A stretch of 64,000 nt of DNA, from positions 76,448,001 to 76,512,000 of the forward strand of contig NC_086108.1 of the NCBI RefSeq assembly GCF_963921235.1, read 5' to 3'. The DNA comes from Mobula hypostoma (taxonomy: Eukaryota). Below, in pieces: positions 38,363 through 52,500 of this stretch. Position 1 is the first letter of the stretch. Each line of letters begins with the position of its first letter. Under the pieces are notes generated by a model, which was given only the letters and a program-made list of their open reading frames with translations, was not told the DNA's origin and made no database searches. A program made the translations under genes and the position numbers.

Positions 38363-38725
38363 CAGTGGATTCCAGTTAACTGGGACACATCAGGATCAGT
38401 ACATTTTGGCCCAGTTAAACTACAGTTTAACTGAGTAACAAATTATGTATTTAAATGAAATACAGACAAATTATAACAGTAACAAAACTACTACAATACC
38501 ATAAAAATGTATATTAGCTCCTAATAGTAATTGATAGAGGAATTAATTCAATGTACGCTGCCGCGTTCTTTTGATTGAGTCTCCTGTCCTAATTAAACAG
38601 CATAGTGTCCCAAATAAATGAAGGGTATCCCTGTTATTTTCTCGATTTGTCTTTGTTCTTTAATAGATGTCCCAAATAAGTGGCTGTCCTAATTAACCGA
38701 TGGCCCAGTTAACCAGAACCCACTG
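38363..38725. mobile_element. Tigger/pogo-like MITE
   Basis: TIR cagtggattccagttaa / ttaaccagaacccactg followed by TA (left flank tg). Confidence 0.75.
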
Positions 38726-41077
38726 TACATACATATGAATAAATAGTTCTGTTTTCATGCTTGCTAGTTTACTGGGCTTTGAGCTTCTAAAGCTTTGCCT
38801 TGACAAAACACACACACGCAAGGTGTTTGTCTAAAATTACAGTCATAATCTACTGATGTAACTATTTTATAACTGAAACCCAGCCATAATGGTAGGACAG
38901 CACAACAATGCTGCAGATTTAAGGAAAATGGTTGATTTATTGAACTCAGTTTTATAACTTCTGGACCATTTCTCCCAGAAGGAACCTTCAAGTAATGCTG
39001 TCCTTTTACCAGTGAGGAAAGATCATCTAATCCTCAATCAAAATCTGTTTCATGATCATCCAGCAAAAACTGTAAATGTGACATCTCAAGTAGGACTCAA
39101 CCAATAATCCAGATGAAAACATGAAAACTGTTCTTTTTGTTAGCGAAATGATTCTAGTCATAGTTTGTCAATGAACTGAAACTTTCTGCTTCTGACCATT
39201 TGTTTACCCTACTTCTTGTATGTCACATGCAATAAGACCCTTTAATTTATTAGAATGTGGCACGCAAAAATAGCCCAAATTAATTTCCATAGTCCCTTAT
39301 AATGGGATAAAATAACTGAGGTTCCAGTTGCTTGTTGCGTTCATTTTTCATTGCATGTCTCTTCTAACTTTTGTCTTTGACCTTGCACACTTCCAGCTAA
39401 GCTTAACATATGCAAGGCACAGCACATCAGCTTCCAAGTCAACATATTTTAAGATGAGCAGTATATTCTACAGATAATCAGCCATTTCAGTAGCTAATCA
39501 GTATCGCACAATTCTATCATTCACTGTTCCTCTCACCTCTACCTCTTCTCTCTCTTCTGCAGCCATTTTCACTTTAAACTTTCAGAAGACACAACTGTTG
39601 TTCTTCAATAGCCTTTCCCAATCCCTTTCAATAGAACCCACCATCGCATCATCTCCTCCTTCACCACCATTCAGGGCCCCAAACAGTCCTTCAAGGTGAG
39701 GCAACACTTCACTATGAGTCTATTGGAGTCACCTATTGTATCTGGTGCTTCTGGTGCAGCCTCCTCTACATCGGTAAGACCTGATATATATATACACATA
39801 CATACATCAGGGTCAGTTTGTCAAGCACCTTTGCTCTGTCAGTCACAAAAGGCAAGATCTCCCAGTTCAATTTCAAATGACTTCCCATTCCCATTCTAAC
39901 ACTTCTGCTCATGGCCTCCTGTACTGTCATGATGAGACCAAACTTAAATTGGAGGAGAAACACCTCATACTCTGACTGGGTAGCCTCCAAATCAATGGCA
40001 TAAACATCAATTTCTTTAACTTCCAGTACCTTCTTGTCCCTCCTTCCTTTTTTCCATTTCCTATTCTAGTTATCCTCTCACTCCTCTTCTCCCATCATGG
40101 CCATCATCACTTTCTCTTGTTCTCCTCCTCCTTCCCTTTCCTTCCACGGTCCACTGAAGTTCCAAAAGAAGTTGGAGGCAAAATCAGATGCACGTCAACT
40201 CTGGCAGGATTTGCAGGCCATTAATTCCTACAAAGTGAAACTAACACAATGAATGGCAGTGGTGCTTCATTTCCAGATGAGCTCAATGCCTTTATGCTCG
40301 CTTTGAAAGGGAGAATAAAACTACAGATATGCGAATCCCTGCAGCACCAGTGACCCTGTGATCTCTGTCTCAGAGACAGATGTCAGGGTGTCTTTCAATA
40401 GGATGAACCATCACAAGGTGACATGCCCCAGTAGAGTACCTGGCAGCGTCTTAAAACCTGTGCCAGTCAACTGGCAAAGGTGTTCAAACACATTTTCAAT
40501 CTCGACTTGCTACAGCCCGAAGTTCCTACCTGCTTTAAAAGGGCAGCAATTATACTATTAGCCATGAAGAGCATGGTGAGCTGCCTTAATGACAATCATC
40601 CAGCCATACTTAAAACTACGGTAATGAAGTGCTTTGAGAGATTGTTTATAGCTAGAATTAACACCTATCTCAGCAAGGACCTGGACCCACTGCAATTCAA
40701 TTGAAAAAGAAGTGAATGCAGTTACTATTACTAGGGGAAAGGTGCTCAAAAAGCTGGAAGACCTAAGGGTACATAAGTCACCAAGAGCAGATGAACTGCA
40801 CCCTAGGATTCTGAAAGAGGTAGTGGTCGAGGTTGTGGAGGCATTAGTAATGAACATTCAAAAATCATTGGACTCTGGCATGGTGCCAGAGAACTCAAAC
40901 ATTGCAAATGTCACTCCACTCTTTAAGAAAGAAGGAAGGCAGCAGAAAGGAAATTATAGACCAGTTAGCCTGCAGAAAGGAAATTAAAGACCAGTTAGCT
41001 TGACCTCAGTGATTGGGAACATGTTGGAGTCAATTGTTAAGGATGAGGTTATGGAGCACTTGATAGGACAAAGTCAG

Positions 41078-41329
41078 GCAACAGACATCAAAGTTGCTGG
41101 TGAACGCAGCAGGCCAAGCAATGCCTCTAGGAAGAGGTACAGTTGACGTTTCGGGCTGAGACCCTTCGTCAGGACTAACTCTTCTTTCAGTTAGTCCTGA
41201 CGAAGGGTCTCGGCCCAAAACGTCGATTGTACCTCTTCCTAGAGATGCTGCCTGGCCTGCTGCGTTCACCAGCAACTTTGATGTGTGTTGCTTGAATTTC
41301 CAGCATCTGCAGAATTCCTTGTGTTTGTG
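41078..41329. mobile_element. Palindromic Penelope terminal-repeat insertion carrying two inverted hammerhead motifs
   Basis: 103-bp arms 41078-41180 / 41189-41291, 8-bp spacer, 38-bp unpaired right tail, 13-bp TSD aggacaaagtcag (41065-41077, 41330-41342). Confidence 0.92.
41141..41176 (-). ncRNA. Minimal hammerhead ribozyme motif (core intact, first helix I pair mismatched)
   Basis: agtc-CTGACGA-agggtctcagccc-GAAA-cGTC-aact; the plus-strand partner (41193-41228) has GAAA changed to AAAA. Confidence 0.75.
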
Positions 41330-44300
41330 AGGACAAAGTCAGCATGGCTTCCGTAATGAAAAATTTTGCCTGACAAACCTGTTGGAATTCTTTGAGAAGA
41401 TTACAAGCAGGTTGGATAAAGGGGATGCAGTGGATATTGTATATTTGGACTTTCAGAAGGCCTTTGACAAGGTGCCACACATGAGGCTGCTTACCAAGTT
41501 AAGAGCCCATGGTATTACAGGAAAGTTACTAGCACAGTTAGAGCATTGGCTGATTAGTAGAAGGCAGCAAGTGGGAATACAAGCATCCTTGTCTGATTGG
41601 CTGCCACTGACTAGGGGTATTCCGCAGTGATTGGCTTCTTAATATGTTGTATATCAATGATTTAGATGATGGAATAGATGGCTTTGTTGCCAAGTTTGCA
41701 GATGATACAAAGATTAGTGTCCGGGTAGGTAGTGTTGGGGAAACAGGTAGACTGCAGAAGGAGTTAGACAGATTAGGAGAATGGGCAAGAGAGCAAATGA
41801 AATACAAGGTTGGAAAATATATGGTCATGCACTTTGGTAGTAGAAATAAATATACAGGCTATTTTCTAAATGGTGAGAAAATCCAAAAATCTGAGATGCA
41901 AAGGGACTTGGGAGTCCTCATGCCGAACACCCTAAAGATTAACTTGCAGGTTGAGTCAGTGGTAAGGAAGGCTAATGTAATGTTAGCATTCATTTCAACA
42001 GGTCTTGAATATTGTGATCTGTTTTCGAGCTCCTCATCTCAAAAAAGATGTGCTGGCATTGGAGAAGGTCCAGAGGCAGTTCACAAGGGTAATTCCAGGA
42101 ATTGAAGGGTTATCATATGAAGAACATCTGGTGGTTCTGGGTTTGTGCTCGCTGGAATCTAGAAGGATGAGGGGGGATCTCATTGAAACCTTTTAAATGT
42201 TGAAAGGCCTAGACAGAGTAAATGTGGAAACAATCTTTCTGAAGGTGGGGGAGTCTAGGTCAAGACAGCACAGCCTCAGGATAGAGGGGAGTACATTTAA
42301 AACAGAAATGTGGAGAAATTTCTTTAGCCAGAGGGTAATGAATTTCTGGAATTTGTTACCACAGGCAGCTGTGTAGGCCAGGTTGTTCAGTGTATTTAAG
42401 GCAGAGGTTGATAGGTTCTTGATTGAACAAGCATCAAAGGTTACAGGGAGAAGGCCGAGGAATGGAGTTGAGGAGGGGGATAAAATGAACAGCCATGATT
42501 GAATGGCAGAGCAGACTAGATGGGCCAAATGGCCTAATTCTGATCCTGTGTCTTATGGTCTCAATTTGCCTATCACAATAGGTCTACAGCAGACTCAATC
42601 TCACTAGCTCTTCACATGGCCTTGGATCACCTGGACAATAGAATAACCTATGTTAGGATGCATGTTATTGACTATAACTCAGCATTTAACACAATTATTC
42701 CTCTAGTTCTGATCAAAAAGCTCCAGACCCTGGGCCTCTGTACCTCCGTCTGCAACTGGATCCTTGACTTCCTAACCGGTAGACCTCAATCTGTGAGGAT
42801 CATAAACAACATCCCCACCTTGCTGACAACCAAATCTGGTACACCTCAGGGATGTGTGCTTAATCCACTGCTCTACTCATTCTACACCCATGACTGTGTG
42901 GCTAGGCATAGCTCAAATGCCATCTGTAAATTTGCTGACGATGCAGCCATTGTTGGCAGAATTTCAGACAGCGGCAAGTGGGTTTACAGCAGTGAAATAT
43001 ACCAGATAGTTGAGTGGTGTTGTTGCAACAACCTTGCACTCAATGTCAGCAAGACCAAAGAACTGATTGTAGACTTTAGAAAGGATCAGCTGAGAGAACA
43101 CACACCAGTCCACGTAGAGGGATCAGAAGTGGAAAGACTGATGCATTTCAAAGTCCTGGATGTCAATATCTCTGACGATCTAACCTGGACCCAATATATT
43201 GAGGCAGTTACAAAGAAGACACAATAGCACCTATGTTCCATTAGGAGTATGAGAAGTTTTGGTATGTCTCCAAAAACACTTGAAAATTTCTACAAATGTA
43301 CCATGGACATCTGTACTGGCTGCATCACTCTCTGGTATAGGGTTGGGAGAGAGCTACTGCATAGGATTGAAATACGCTGCAGCGAGTTGTAAATTTAGTC
43401 AGCTCCATCATTGACGGCACCAGCCCCTGCGATCCAGGACATTTTCAAGAAGTGATGCCTCAAAAAGGCAGTGTCCATCATTAAGGACCCCCATCACCCA
43501 GGTAACTTGTTCTCATTGCTATCATCAGGAAGGAGATACAGAAGCATGAAGGCACACACTCAACGATTCAGGAACAGCTTCTTCCCCTCTGCCATCTGAT
43601 TTCTGAATGAACATTGAACCCATGAACACTACCTCACTACTGTTTTTATATTTTTATTTTTCCATTACTTATTTAATTCAACTTATTTTATACCTATCTA
43701 ACACCTGCCGCTTGTACCCCTTCTCTTCCTCCCTCATTATTTTACCGGCTTCTGCCCCCTTGCTTTCCAGTGCTGATGAAGAGTTTTCAGCCCAAAATGT
43801 TGACTGTTTATTCTCCTCCATAGATGCTGCCTGACCTGCTAAGTTCTTCCAGCATTTTGTGTGCTTTATTCAAGATCTCCAGCATTTACATAATCTCTTG
43901 TATTTAGTATTTGTCATTTGGTCTTGCTGCTCCCCGATCTGTCATAACCCTTCACCTTCATTCTTCCCTTCACCTTCATTCTTTCCATTCCTCCCCAGCA
44001 CACCTTCCATCATACCTTGCACTTTCCAGGTTTGATCAAGAATCACTGATCTAAAATGTTAAATTGGTTTACCTCCAGGGATACTGTCTGATTCACTAAG
44101 TATTTCCAATATGTTATGAGGAAAAGTGTAACCATGTTACCATTACCACTTGTTTTGTTCTTTGGCAAATTGCTTCAGAGTTCAGTATATTTTAATTTTG
44201 CCATATTCTGAATAGGAGCACCAATGTATAAACTAAGACCTGAAATACATCAAAAAAAGATTCCACTTATCTTCTAGCTACTTTAAATTCACCCAAGTTT

Positions 44301-45359
44301 CAAAGCAACATTAAACACTTTGAGTTATAGAAAATCACAGCTTATAAGAGAAACTATTCCAATAAAAATGCCAACATGATCAATAATGAAAGCAAGAGTG
44401 AAATAATCCAAAAATGCAAATATCTCCTGATGATAACTTTGAAGATAAAAAGGAGCAATTAATATCTACAGATGGGTAGTGTCTCTGTATGTTGCAGTGT
44501 GCTTGTCTGCACAGCACTGCTTCACAGTGTAGCCCCTGAAGCTCTTCATTTAATGTTATTCAGATATTGCAATTTTGGTAATTTTTGAAGACATTTTATG
44601 TGCCATCCATTGGCAATAATGAGGGTGATTTTGTGCTATTTTGTCATTGCTCATGGAAACTGGACAGAAGCTGCCAAATATATTTTCGTTAGAGCTATCA
44701 AGCCAAGAGTAAGGGTGAAGGGTGTGTGGGGGTAGTGGGATCATGTGGTGGTAGGATTTTGTCTGAGACTGCATCATTACATGACTTTTGAGTCTTACTG
44801 ATCTGAAATTAAAGTTTTAACACTCTTTGTTTTATCTGCATGATTTAAATGAGCAAATTATTGCTAACCTCTTATAATAATTGTACTTTAGCTACAGCAT
44901 TGATTTTCTCCATTTCTATTTATTAAAATATGATTGATATTCAGTTGATAAAATATTTGTTACCCCTTTGCTCTTGTCTGAATTTCTACCATTATTTTCA
45001 TACACTCCAAAGCTAGCCTACTTTCTGTGGAGATGATAATGAAAAAAACAAAAATTTCTAATTTCCATATTCTCACTTCTTTACTTTTTTGATCTACTTA
45101 ATGACTGGCAAGAGAAAAATTATCAATTTTCTTCTGAAAGTATTTCATATACAATTAGCAAATACATTTTGTAAAACATTTTTAGTTATCCATTCAACTG
45201 CAGGAATATCACATCCATATTTGATCTGCCTCATTTAATCTAGAAATATTGCATCTACAAAAGGATTTATAAGCTATTATTTGTTTACAAGACACATTTG
45301 ATGGTTTCTAAATATCCCAACATGTAAATTTACAATGCTGTAGATGCTGGATATCTACA

Positions 45360-46196
45360 ATATTCAACTGAGAAGTGGCAGATGGAGTTCAACCCATAGA
45401 GTTGAACTCTTTGGTTCATTTTGGTAGGTCAAATATGATGGCAGGATATAGTATTAATGGTAAGACTCTTGGTAGTGTGGAGGATCAGAGGGATCTTAGG
45501 TTCCGAGTCCTTAGGACACTCAAAGATGCTGCGCAGGTTGACTCTGTGGTTAAAAAGGCATACGGTACATTGACCTTCATCAACCATGGGATTGAGTTTA
45601 AGAGCCGAGAGGTAATGTTACAGCTATATAGGACCCTGGTCGGACCCCACTTGGGGTACTGTGCTCAGTTCTGGTCACCTCACTACAGGAAGGATGTGGA
45701 TACTATAGAAAGGGTGCAGAGGAGAGTTACAAGGATGTTGCCTGGATTGGAGAGCATGCCTTATGAGAATAGGTTGAGTGAACTTGGCCTTTTCTCCTTG
45801 GAGTGGCAGAGGATGAGAGGTGACCTGATACAGGTGGAAAAGATGATGAGAGGCATTGATCGTGTGGATAGTCAGAGGCTCTTTCCCAGGGCTTAAATGG
45901 CTAACCTGAGAGGGCATAGTTTTAAGGTGCTTGGAAGCAGATACAGAGGAGATGTCAGGGGTAAGTTTTTTTACACAGTGTGGTGAGTGTGTGGAATGGG
46001 CTGCCAGCAATGGTGATGGAGGCAGATATGATAGGGTCTTTTAAGAAACTCCTGGATAGGTACATGGAGCTTAGAAAAATAGAGGGCTATAGGTAACCCT
46101 AGGTAATTTCTAAAGTAAGTACATATTCGGCACAGCACTGTGGGCCGAAGGGCCTGTATTGTGCTATAGGTTTTCTATGTTTCTATGTTCCTATGT
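45360..46196 (+). mobile_element. CR1 3' fragment
   Basis: LYRTLVGPHLGYCAQFWSPHYRKDV...; (ttctatgt)n tail; flanks resemble a split minus-strand Penelope terminal remnant. Confidence 0.92.
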
Positions 46197-49100
46197 GAAA
46201 CATAACAGAAAATGTTAGAAATGCTCAAGAAATCTAACAGCATCTGCAAGAAAGCAAATATTTCAGATTACTGACATTTTACCTGAAACATTAACATTAT
46301 GTGGATCTCGGTAAGGATGGTTAGTTTCCAAAGAGCTTCACACAAGTTAAGCTTCAAATATCTGAATGGCTATTGTACAAAATTTAATCCTAATCCCAGA
46401 ATGAAGTATTACCTGGATTACTGTCACATGTCTATCTTCAAAGTAAATTTAAAAATTCAATCATTGAGTTCAGAAGGTGGTAAACAGAGAAGTACAGATT
46501 ATTAAGGAGAACCTAATCCATGTCTGTGGATAATACTGCAGAATGACAACATGTTGACAATAAGAAAAAATAATCTTGGTGCTTGTCAAAAGCTACAAGA
46601 TTTGATGCTTTGGTATACACCAAGCTAATTTATCTTAGCAAATGGCATTTAGCATACTACAATTGATCTTTGTGCCTGAGAGAGAGAAAAGCCAAGCAGG
46701 TTTCCCAAAATAAATTATAAATCAATTCTATTTACCTTATCAAAGGAACAACACTCAATGTGAGAACTGAAACACATGTATCTAATTGACTGGAAGAGCA
46801 GGCTCAAGGGGCTAAATGAGCAACTCCTGTTCTTTTGATGTATTGTGGTGAGCACACTTCCTTCTCTCCCCAATCACATTACACATATGCTGAAACTCAG
46901 GCTGGTTTGAAATACAACTTCCCAAAATATGACCTTACAGCAAGTTACGTCTCCAAGACAGTTGAAATTCACATCAAGTACCAAAAATGTGCTCAAGGTG
47001 ATTGTATAGACGTCTAATGTGAAGCTATTTTTACCTCAAGAAGGTAAAAGCCTTCTTTTGGCCTGTCAAATTTTAGGAAGTTTTAATCAGTCCATATTGA
47101 TCCAAATGAGCCTTTGGCTGAAAATATACCAGTTGTTACCACAGAGGTCAATAGTGAGCCTTCAAACAGGGTTAATGTCCGTGCAACTTGTCACCTTGTG
47201 GCCTTGTGGCCATTCTGGTTCATACTGATGTCTGAAGCAAAAGATATGACCTTTTTTCAATCTTACATGGAAGAATATAACAACTAGATATTGCCAGCAC
47301 ATTCAAATAACCATTATTTTACAAAATGCATAAATTATAGCCCAAATAACATTCCAGTGGAATGTTTGCTATCACCTGAAGAAAGATTATATGTAATAAG
47401 GCCAGGATGGTGAAACTGTGTTTATTTTTCTTTTCAACCACTAGGCTTGCAGTGGATTTCCTGGCTACTAGGAGGGAAAAGGCATTACACTGTGTTCATT
47501 TTAATTGGAACAAGCAGACCCTCAAAAAAAAATGAAGCAGAGAAAAATATCTAGAATAAATCAACAAAATGTAACATATCCAACCGCACTCCTCTACACT
47601 GTAAACATTTCCGATTCATCTGTCTGTCACTTGCATCTAACGCTTGTGTATGCAATTGTTGCTTAAGGTCATTCTCTGTGTGATGACTGAGTGCAGATTT
47701 TGTTGTGAAGCACTTATACATTTCTAAACAGTAGAGCATTTTTTGCCATTTCATCTGCAGTGTAACAAGTGTGTGAGCAGCACATCATTGCTAAATGTCA
47801 GTGCCCATGAAATGGAATTCTGGCATTAAGGACTCTGAAAATAGAAAATTTGACTCCATGGCAGCTGTCATCATGTGCTAATGAAATCTGGCATCAGGCT
47901 CTTTATTTTGAAAGGAGACATTGGTTTGAGCATTTAATGTCGTTTCTAAAGGCACTCTCTCAAAAGCATGTTACTCTGGTTACTAAAGGTGAAAACTGGT
48001 TGGACTCCAGTGGTTATAAAGTTGAAATCTCCAGCACACTGGACAAGTGATTCCATTAAAATCCAAGTGTGTGACAGTTAACCGAATGACCCAGGGGTCA
48101 CATGGACAACTTCCAGGCCTCAATAAATATTGTATGAGGCTGTCAATGGTACAGTCACCTCAGAGCTTCTGGGCACAGTTAGCTGTTACATGTGGTAACT
48201 TTTATTTACAGAACTGAAATGTAGGAAATTAAGTCTGTGAAATGTAAAGAATGAAATCTCACATTTACTCTCAGAAATATTACAGTTTGACTGAAATGGT
48301 TATTAAGATCTAAACATTAGCAGGAGCAAACATAACTTGCGTTTTTTTCACTCAGCTTGCTGTAAGAATGCAAGAAAGATATGTTTAACTACAGCAAAAC
48401 GAAGTGCCACTACCAATAATGTTGGGTCGAAGATGGAGTTGGCACAGAGGAAAATAAGTTTTAATGCTAAATAGAACACAGAAGACTTCAAAACATACTT
48501 GAAAGATTCCCTGCCAACAACAGTATTTATCCCATCTGTGTCTGTGAGTGAAACACAAACCTAATTACATTTTTGCCTTAGAGGGTTTCAGCCCAATCCA
48601 CTCATAACAGAAGACCTGATACAGCCCAGGGGAATATTAGGAGGGTATTAAGTTAGAAATGATTGTCAGTAGACTGATAGTCAAAGTTTTTTTTTCAGAA
48701 AAGTAACCCAAGAAAGTGAATTACTAGTTTTAGTTGAAGTTTAATCCATGACAGAAAATCATTGATCCTCATATATTCGTCCTCACATGCTTGACCTCCC
48801 TATTGGTTTGAATCTGTCACATGCTGACAGTTTAGTCACCTTCTTGTGACTGAAAATAAATGTTCCATCATCATTTCTCTATTCCTCCCCCCCCCCCATT
48901 ACATAAGTAGTGTCAATTTTGTTTTGGTCATAATTAAGCCCTGAATTAAATGGTTATTCTGTCCCATTTCAGTTTCCTATCAATATAAATATCGCATCAT
49001 AGTTGAATATACCACATAATTCTTGAATTTTTGGTTTTAGAAGATATTATTTCATTAAACCTATTTTCAAAAGCTTCATTAAACAAATTCAATTTACAGC

Positions 49101-49560
49101 ATCAATGTAGAAATCTTTTTGTAATACCAATACCTACTGAATTAATTTTCACCATTTGTTCTGGTAAGATTTGAGCTCACGTTTACCAGGTTGTTAACTG
49201 AGTACAATAACATTAAAGTTAGTAAGCCTATTTGGACTTGTTAGAGTTTGGATCTGAAGTGACACAACTGACCAGAAATTTCAATGTACCAATGAACATG
49301 GCAATAAAAGAAGAACAGATGTCATGTAATCTGTGTGATTAACTCATCTCTTGACCAGTCAAAGCAAATACACAACTTGCAATGCCCAAGTTAGGAGTAT
49401 CATAAAATTCTAGTTAAAATACCCATGAAGCTCAACACAATAAAGGGCCAAGCAGTTAACAATGTCATTCTTGGACCTGAACTAAACAGTGATCTTACAG
49501 TGGCTATTTTATGTACCACCTATCATGTAAAATTCATAATAGCAATTCACAAAATCTTCT

Positions 49561-52500
49561 ACAATAATAGACAATAGGTGCAGGAGTAGGCCATTTGACC
49601 CTTCGAGCCAGCACCACCATTCACTGTGATCATGGCTGATCATCAGCAATCAGTATCCAGTTCCTGCCTTCTCCCCATATCCCTTCACTCCACTATCTTT
49701 GAGCTCTACCTAACTCTTTCTTGAAAGCATCCAGAGAATTGGCCTCCACTGCCTTCTGAGGCAGAGCATTCCACAGATCCACAACTCTCTGGGTGAAAAA
49801 GTTTTTCCTCAGCTCCGTTCTAAATGGCCTACCCCTTATTCTTAAACTATGGCCTTTGGTTCTGGACTCCCCCAACATCGTGAACATGTTTCCTGCCTCT
49901 AATGTGTCCAATCCCTTAATAATCAGATCTCCTCTCATCCTTCTAAATTCCAGTGTATACAAGCCCAGTCGCTCCAATCTTTCAACATATGACAGTCCCG
50001 CCATCCTGGGAATTAACCTCATGAACCTATGCTGCACTCCCTCAATAGCAAGAATGTCCTTCCTCAAATTTGGAGACCAAAACTGCACACAAGGTGGGTC
50101 TCACCAGGGCCCTGTACAACTGCAGAAGGACCTCTTTGCTCCTATACTCAACTCCCCTTGTTATAAAGGCCAACATGCCATTAGCTTTCTTCACTGCCTG
50201 CTGTACCTGCATGCTTACTTTTCAGTGACTGATGAACAAGGACACCTAGATCTCATTGTACTTCCCCTTTTCCTAACTTGACACCATTCAGATAGTAATC
50301 TGCCTTCCTGTTCTTGCCACCAAAGTGGATAACCTCACATTATCCACATTAAACTGCATCTGCCATGTATCTGCCCACTCACCTAACCTGTCCAAGCCAC
50401 CCTGCATTCTCATAACATCCTCCTCACATTTCACACTGCCACCCAGCTTTGTGCCATCTGCAAATTTGCTAATGTTACTTTTAATGCCTTCATCTAAATC
50501 ATTAATGTACAAACGTTTGTATATTGTAAATACAAACGTAGCTGCGGTCCCAGCACTGAGCCTTGCCGTACCCCATAGTCACTGCCTGCCATTCTGAAAG
50601 GGACCCATTGATCCCTACTCTTTGTTTCCTGTCTGCCAACCAATTTTCCATCCATGTCAGTACCCTATCCCCAACACCATGTGCTCCAATTTTGCCCACT
50701 AATCTCCTATGTGGGACCTTTTCAAAGGCTTTCTGAAAGTCCAGGTACACTACATCCACTGGCTCTCCCTTGTCCATTTTCATAGTTACATCCTCAAAAA
50801 ATTCCAGAAGATTAGTCAAACATGATTTCCCCCTCGTAAATCCATGCTGATTCAGACCGATCCTGTTACTGCTATCCAAATGTACTGCTATTTCATCTTT
50901 TATAATTGACTCCAGCATCTTCCCCACCACTGATGTCAGGCTAACTGGTCTATAATTCCCTGTTTTCTCTCTCCTTCCTTTTTTAAAAAGTGGGATAACA
51001 TTAGCTACCCTCCAATCCGCAGGAACTGATCCTGAATCTATAGAACATCGGAAAATGATTACCAATGCATCCATGATTTCTAAAGCCACCTCCTTAAGTA
51101 CCCTGCGATGCAGACCATTAGGCCCTGGGGATTTATCAGCCTTCAATCCCATCAGTCTATCCAACACCATTTTCTGCCTAATGTGAATTTCCTTCAGTTC
51201 TTCCGTTACCCTAGGTCCTCTGGCCACTATTATATCTGGGAGATTGTTTGTGTCTTCCTTAGTGAAGACAGATCCAAAGTACCTGTTCATCTCGTCTGCC
51301 ATTTCTTTGTTCCCCATAATAAATTTCTGTCTTCTGTTTCTGTCTTCAAGGGCCCAACTTTGGTCTTAACTAATTTTTTCCTCTTCACATACCTAAAGAA
51401 GCTTTTACTATCCTCCTTTATATTCTTGGCTAGTTTACCTTCGTACCTCATCTTTTCTCCCCGTATTGCCTTTTTAGTTATCTTCTGTATCTCTTTAAAA
51501 GTTTCCCAATCCTCTGGCTTCCCGCTCATCTTTGCTATGTTATACTTCTTCTCTTTTACTGTCCTTGACTTCCCTTGTCAGCCACAGTCGCCCCTTTCTC
51601 CCCTTAGAATCTTTCTTCCTCTTTGGAATGAACTGATAGTCATAGTCATAGTCATACTTTATTGATCCTGGGGAAATTGGTTTTCGTTACAGTTGCACCA
51701 TAAATAACTAAATAGTAATAAAACCATAAATAGTTAAATAGTAATATGTAAATTATGCCAGGAAATAAGTCCAGGACCAGCCTATTGGCTGAGGGTGTCT
51801 GACCCTCCAAGGAAGGAGTTGCAAAGTTTGATGGCCACAGGCAGGAATGACTTCCTATGACGCTCTGTGTTGCATCTCGGTGGAATGAGTCTCTGGCTGA
51901 ATGTACTCCTGTGCCCAACCAGTACATTATGTAGTGGATGGGAGACATTGTCCAAGATGGCATGCAACTTGGACAGCATCCTCTTTTCAGACACCACCAT
52001 CAGAGAGTCCAGTTCCATCCCCACAACATCACTGGCCTTACGAATGAGTTTGTTGATTCTGTTGGTGTCTGTTATCCTCAGCCTGCTGCCCCAGCACACA
52101 ACAGCAAACATGATAGCACTGGCCACCACAGACTCGTAGAACATCCTCAGCATCATCCAGCAGATGTTAAAGGACCTCAGTCTCCTCAGGAAATAGAGAT
52201 GGCTCTGACCCTTCTTGTAGACAGCCTCACCTTCTGTATTATTCCCAGAAATACCTGCCATTGTTGTTCCACTGTCATCCCTGCTAGGGTATCTTTTCAG
52301 TCAACTTTGGCCAGCTCCTCCCTCATGGCTCCATAGTCCCCTTTGTTCAACTGTAATACTGACACTTCCAATTTTCCCTTCTCCCTCTCAAATTGTAGAT
52401 TAAAACTTATCATATTATGGTCACTACCTCCTAATGGCTACTTTACCTCAAGTTCCCTTATCAAATCCGGTTCATTACACAACACTACATCCAGAATTGC

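Larger units (their letters stand above)
40698..42561 (+). mobile_element. CR1-clade LINE inserted in Rex1
   Basis: caatt duplicated at 40693-40697 and 42562-42566; YLDFQKAFDKVPH, KFADDT; internal 30-bp tandem duplication at 40942-41001. Confidence 0.92.
40157..43690 (+). mobile_element. Rex1/Babar-clade LINE split by a CR1 insertion (40157-40697 and 42562-43690)
   Basis: ...LSKDLDPLQF breaks at 40697 and resumes as caatttgcctatc at 42562; [26 protein letters not shown]. Confidence 0.9.
39620..43905 (+). mobile_element. Decayed Penelope-like 3' part split by nested insertions (~39620-40155 and ~43690-43905)
   Basis: caccaccattcagggccccaaacagtccttcaaggtgaggcaacacttcac matches 29873-29921; distal part has ctgatgaagagttttcagcccaaaatgttgactg. 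Confidence 0.8.

Noticed and set aside
44781..44802. Upstream ERI3 exon end (…KVM|gt)
   Set aside because: Reads DSKVM without the required TCGDWDL; chance match
47080..47290. Open plus-strand frame after ttttaatcag (VHIDPNEPLAENIPVV…)
   Set aside because: No recognisable homology, no clear donor, and opposite to the ERI3 strand
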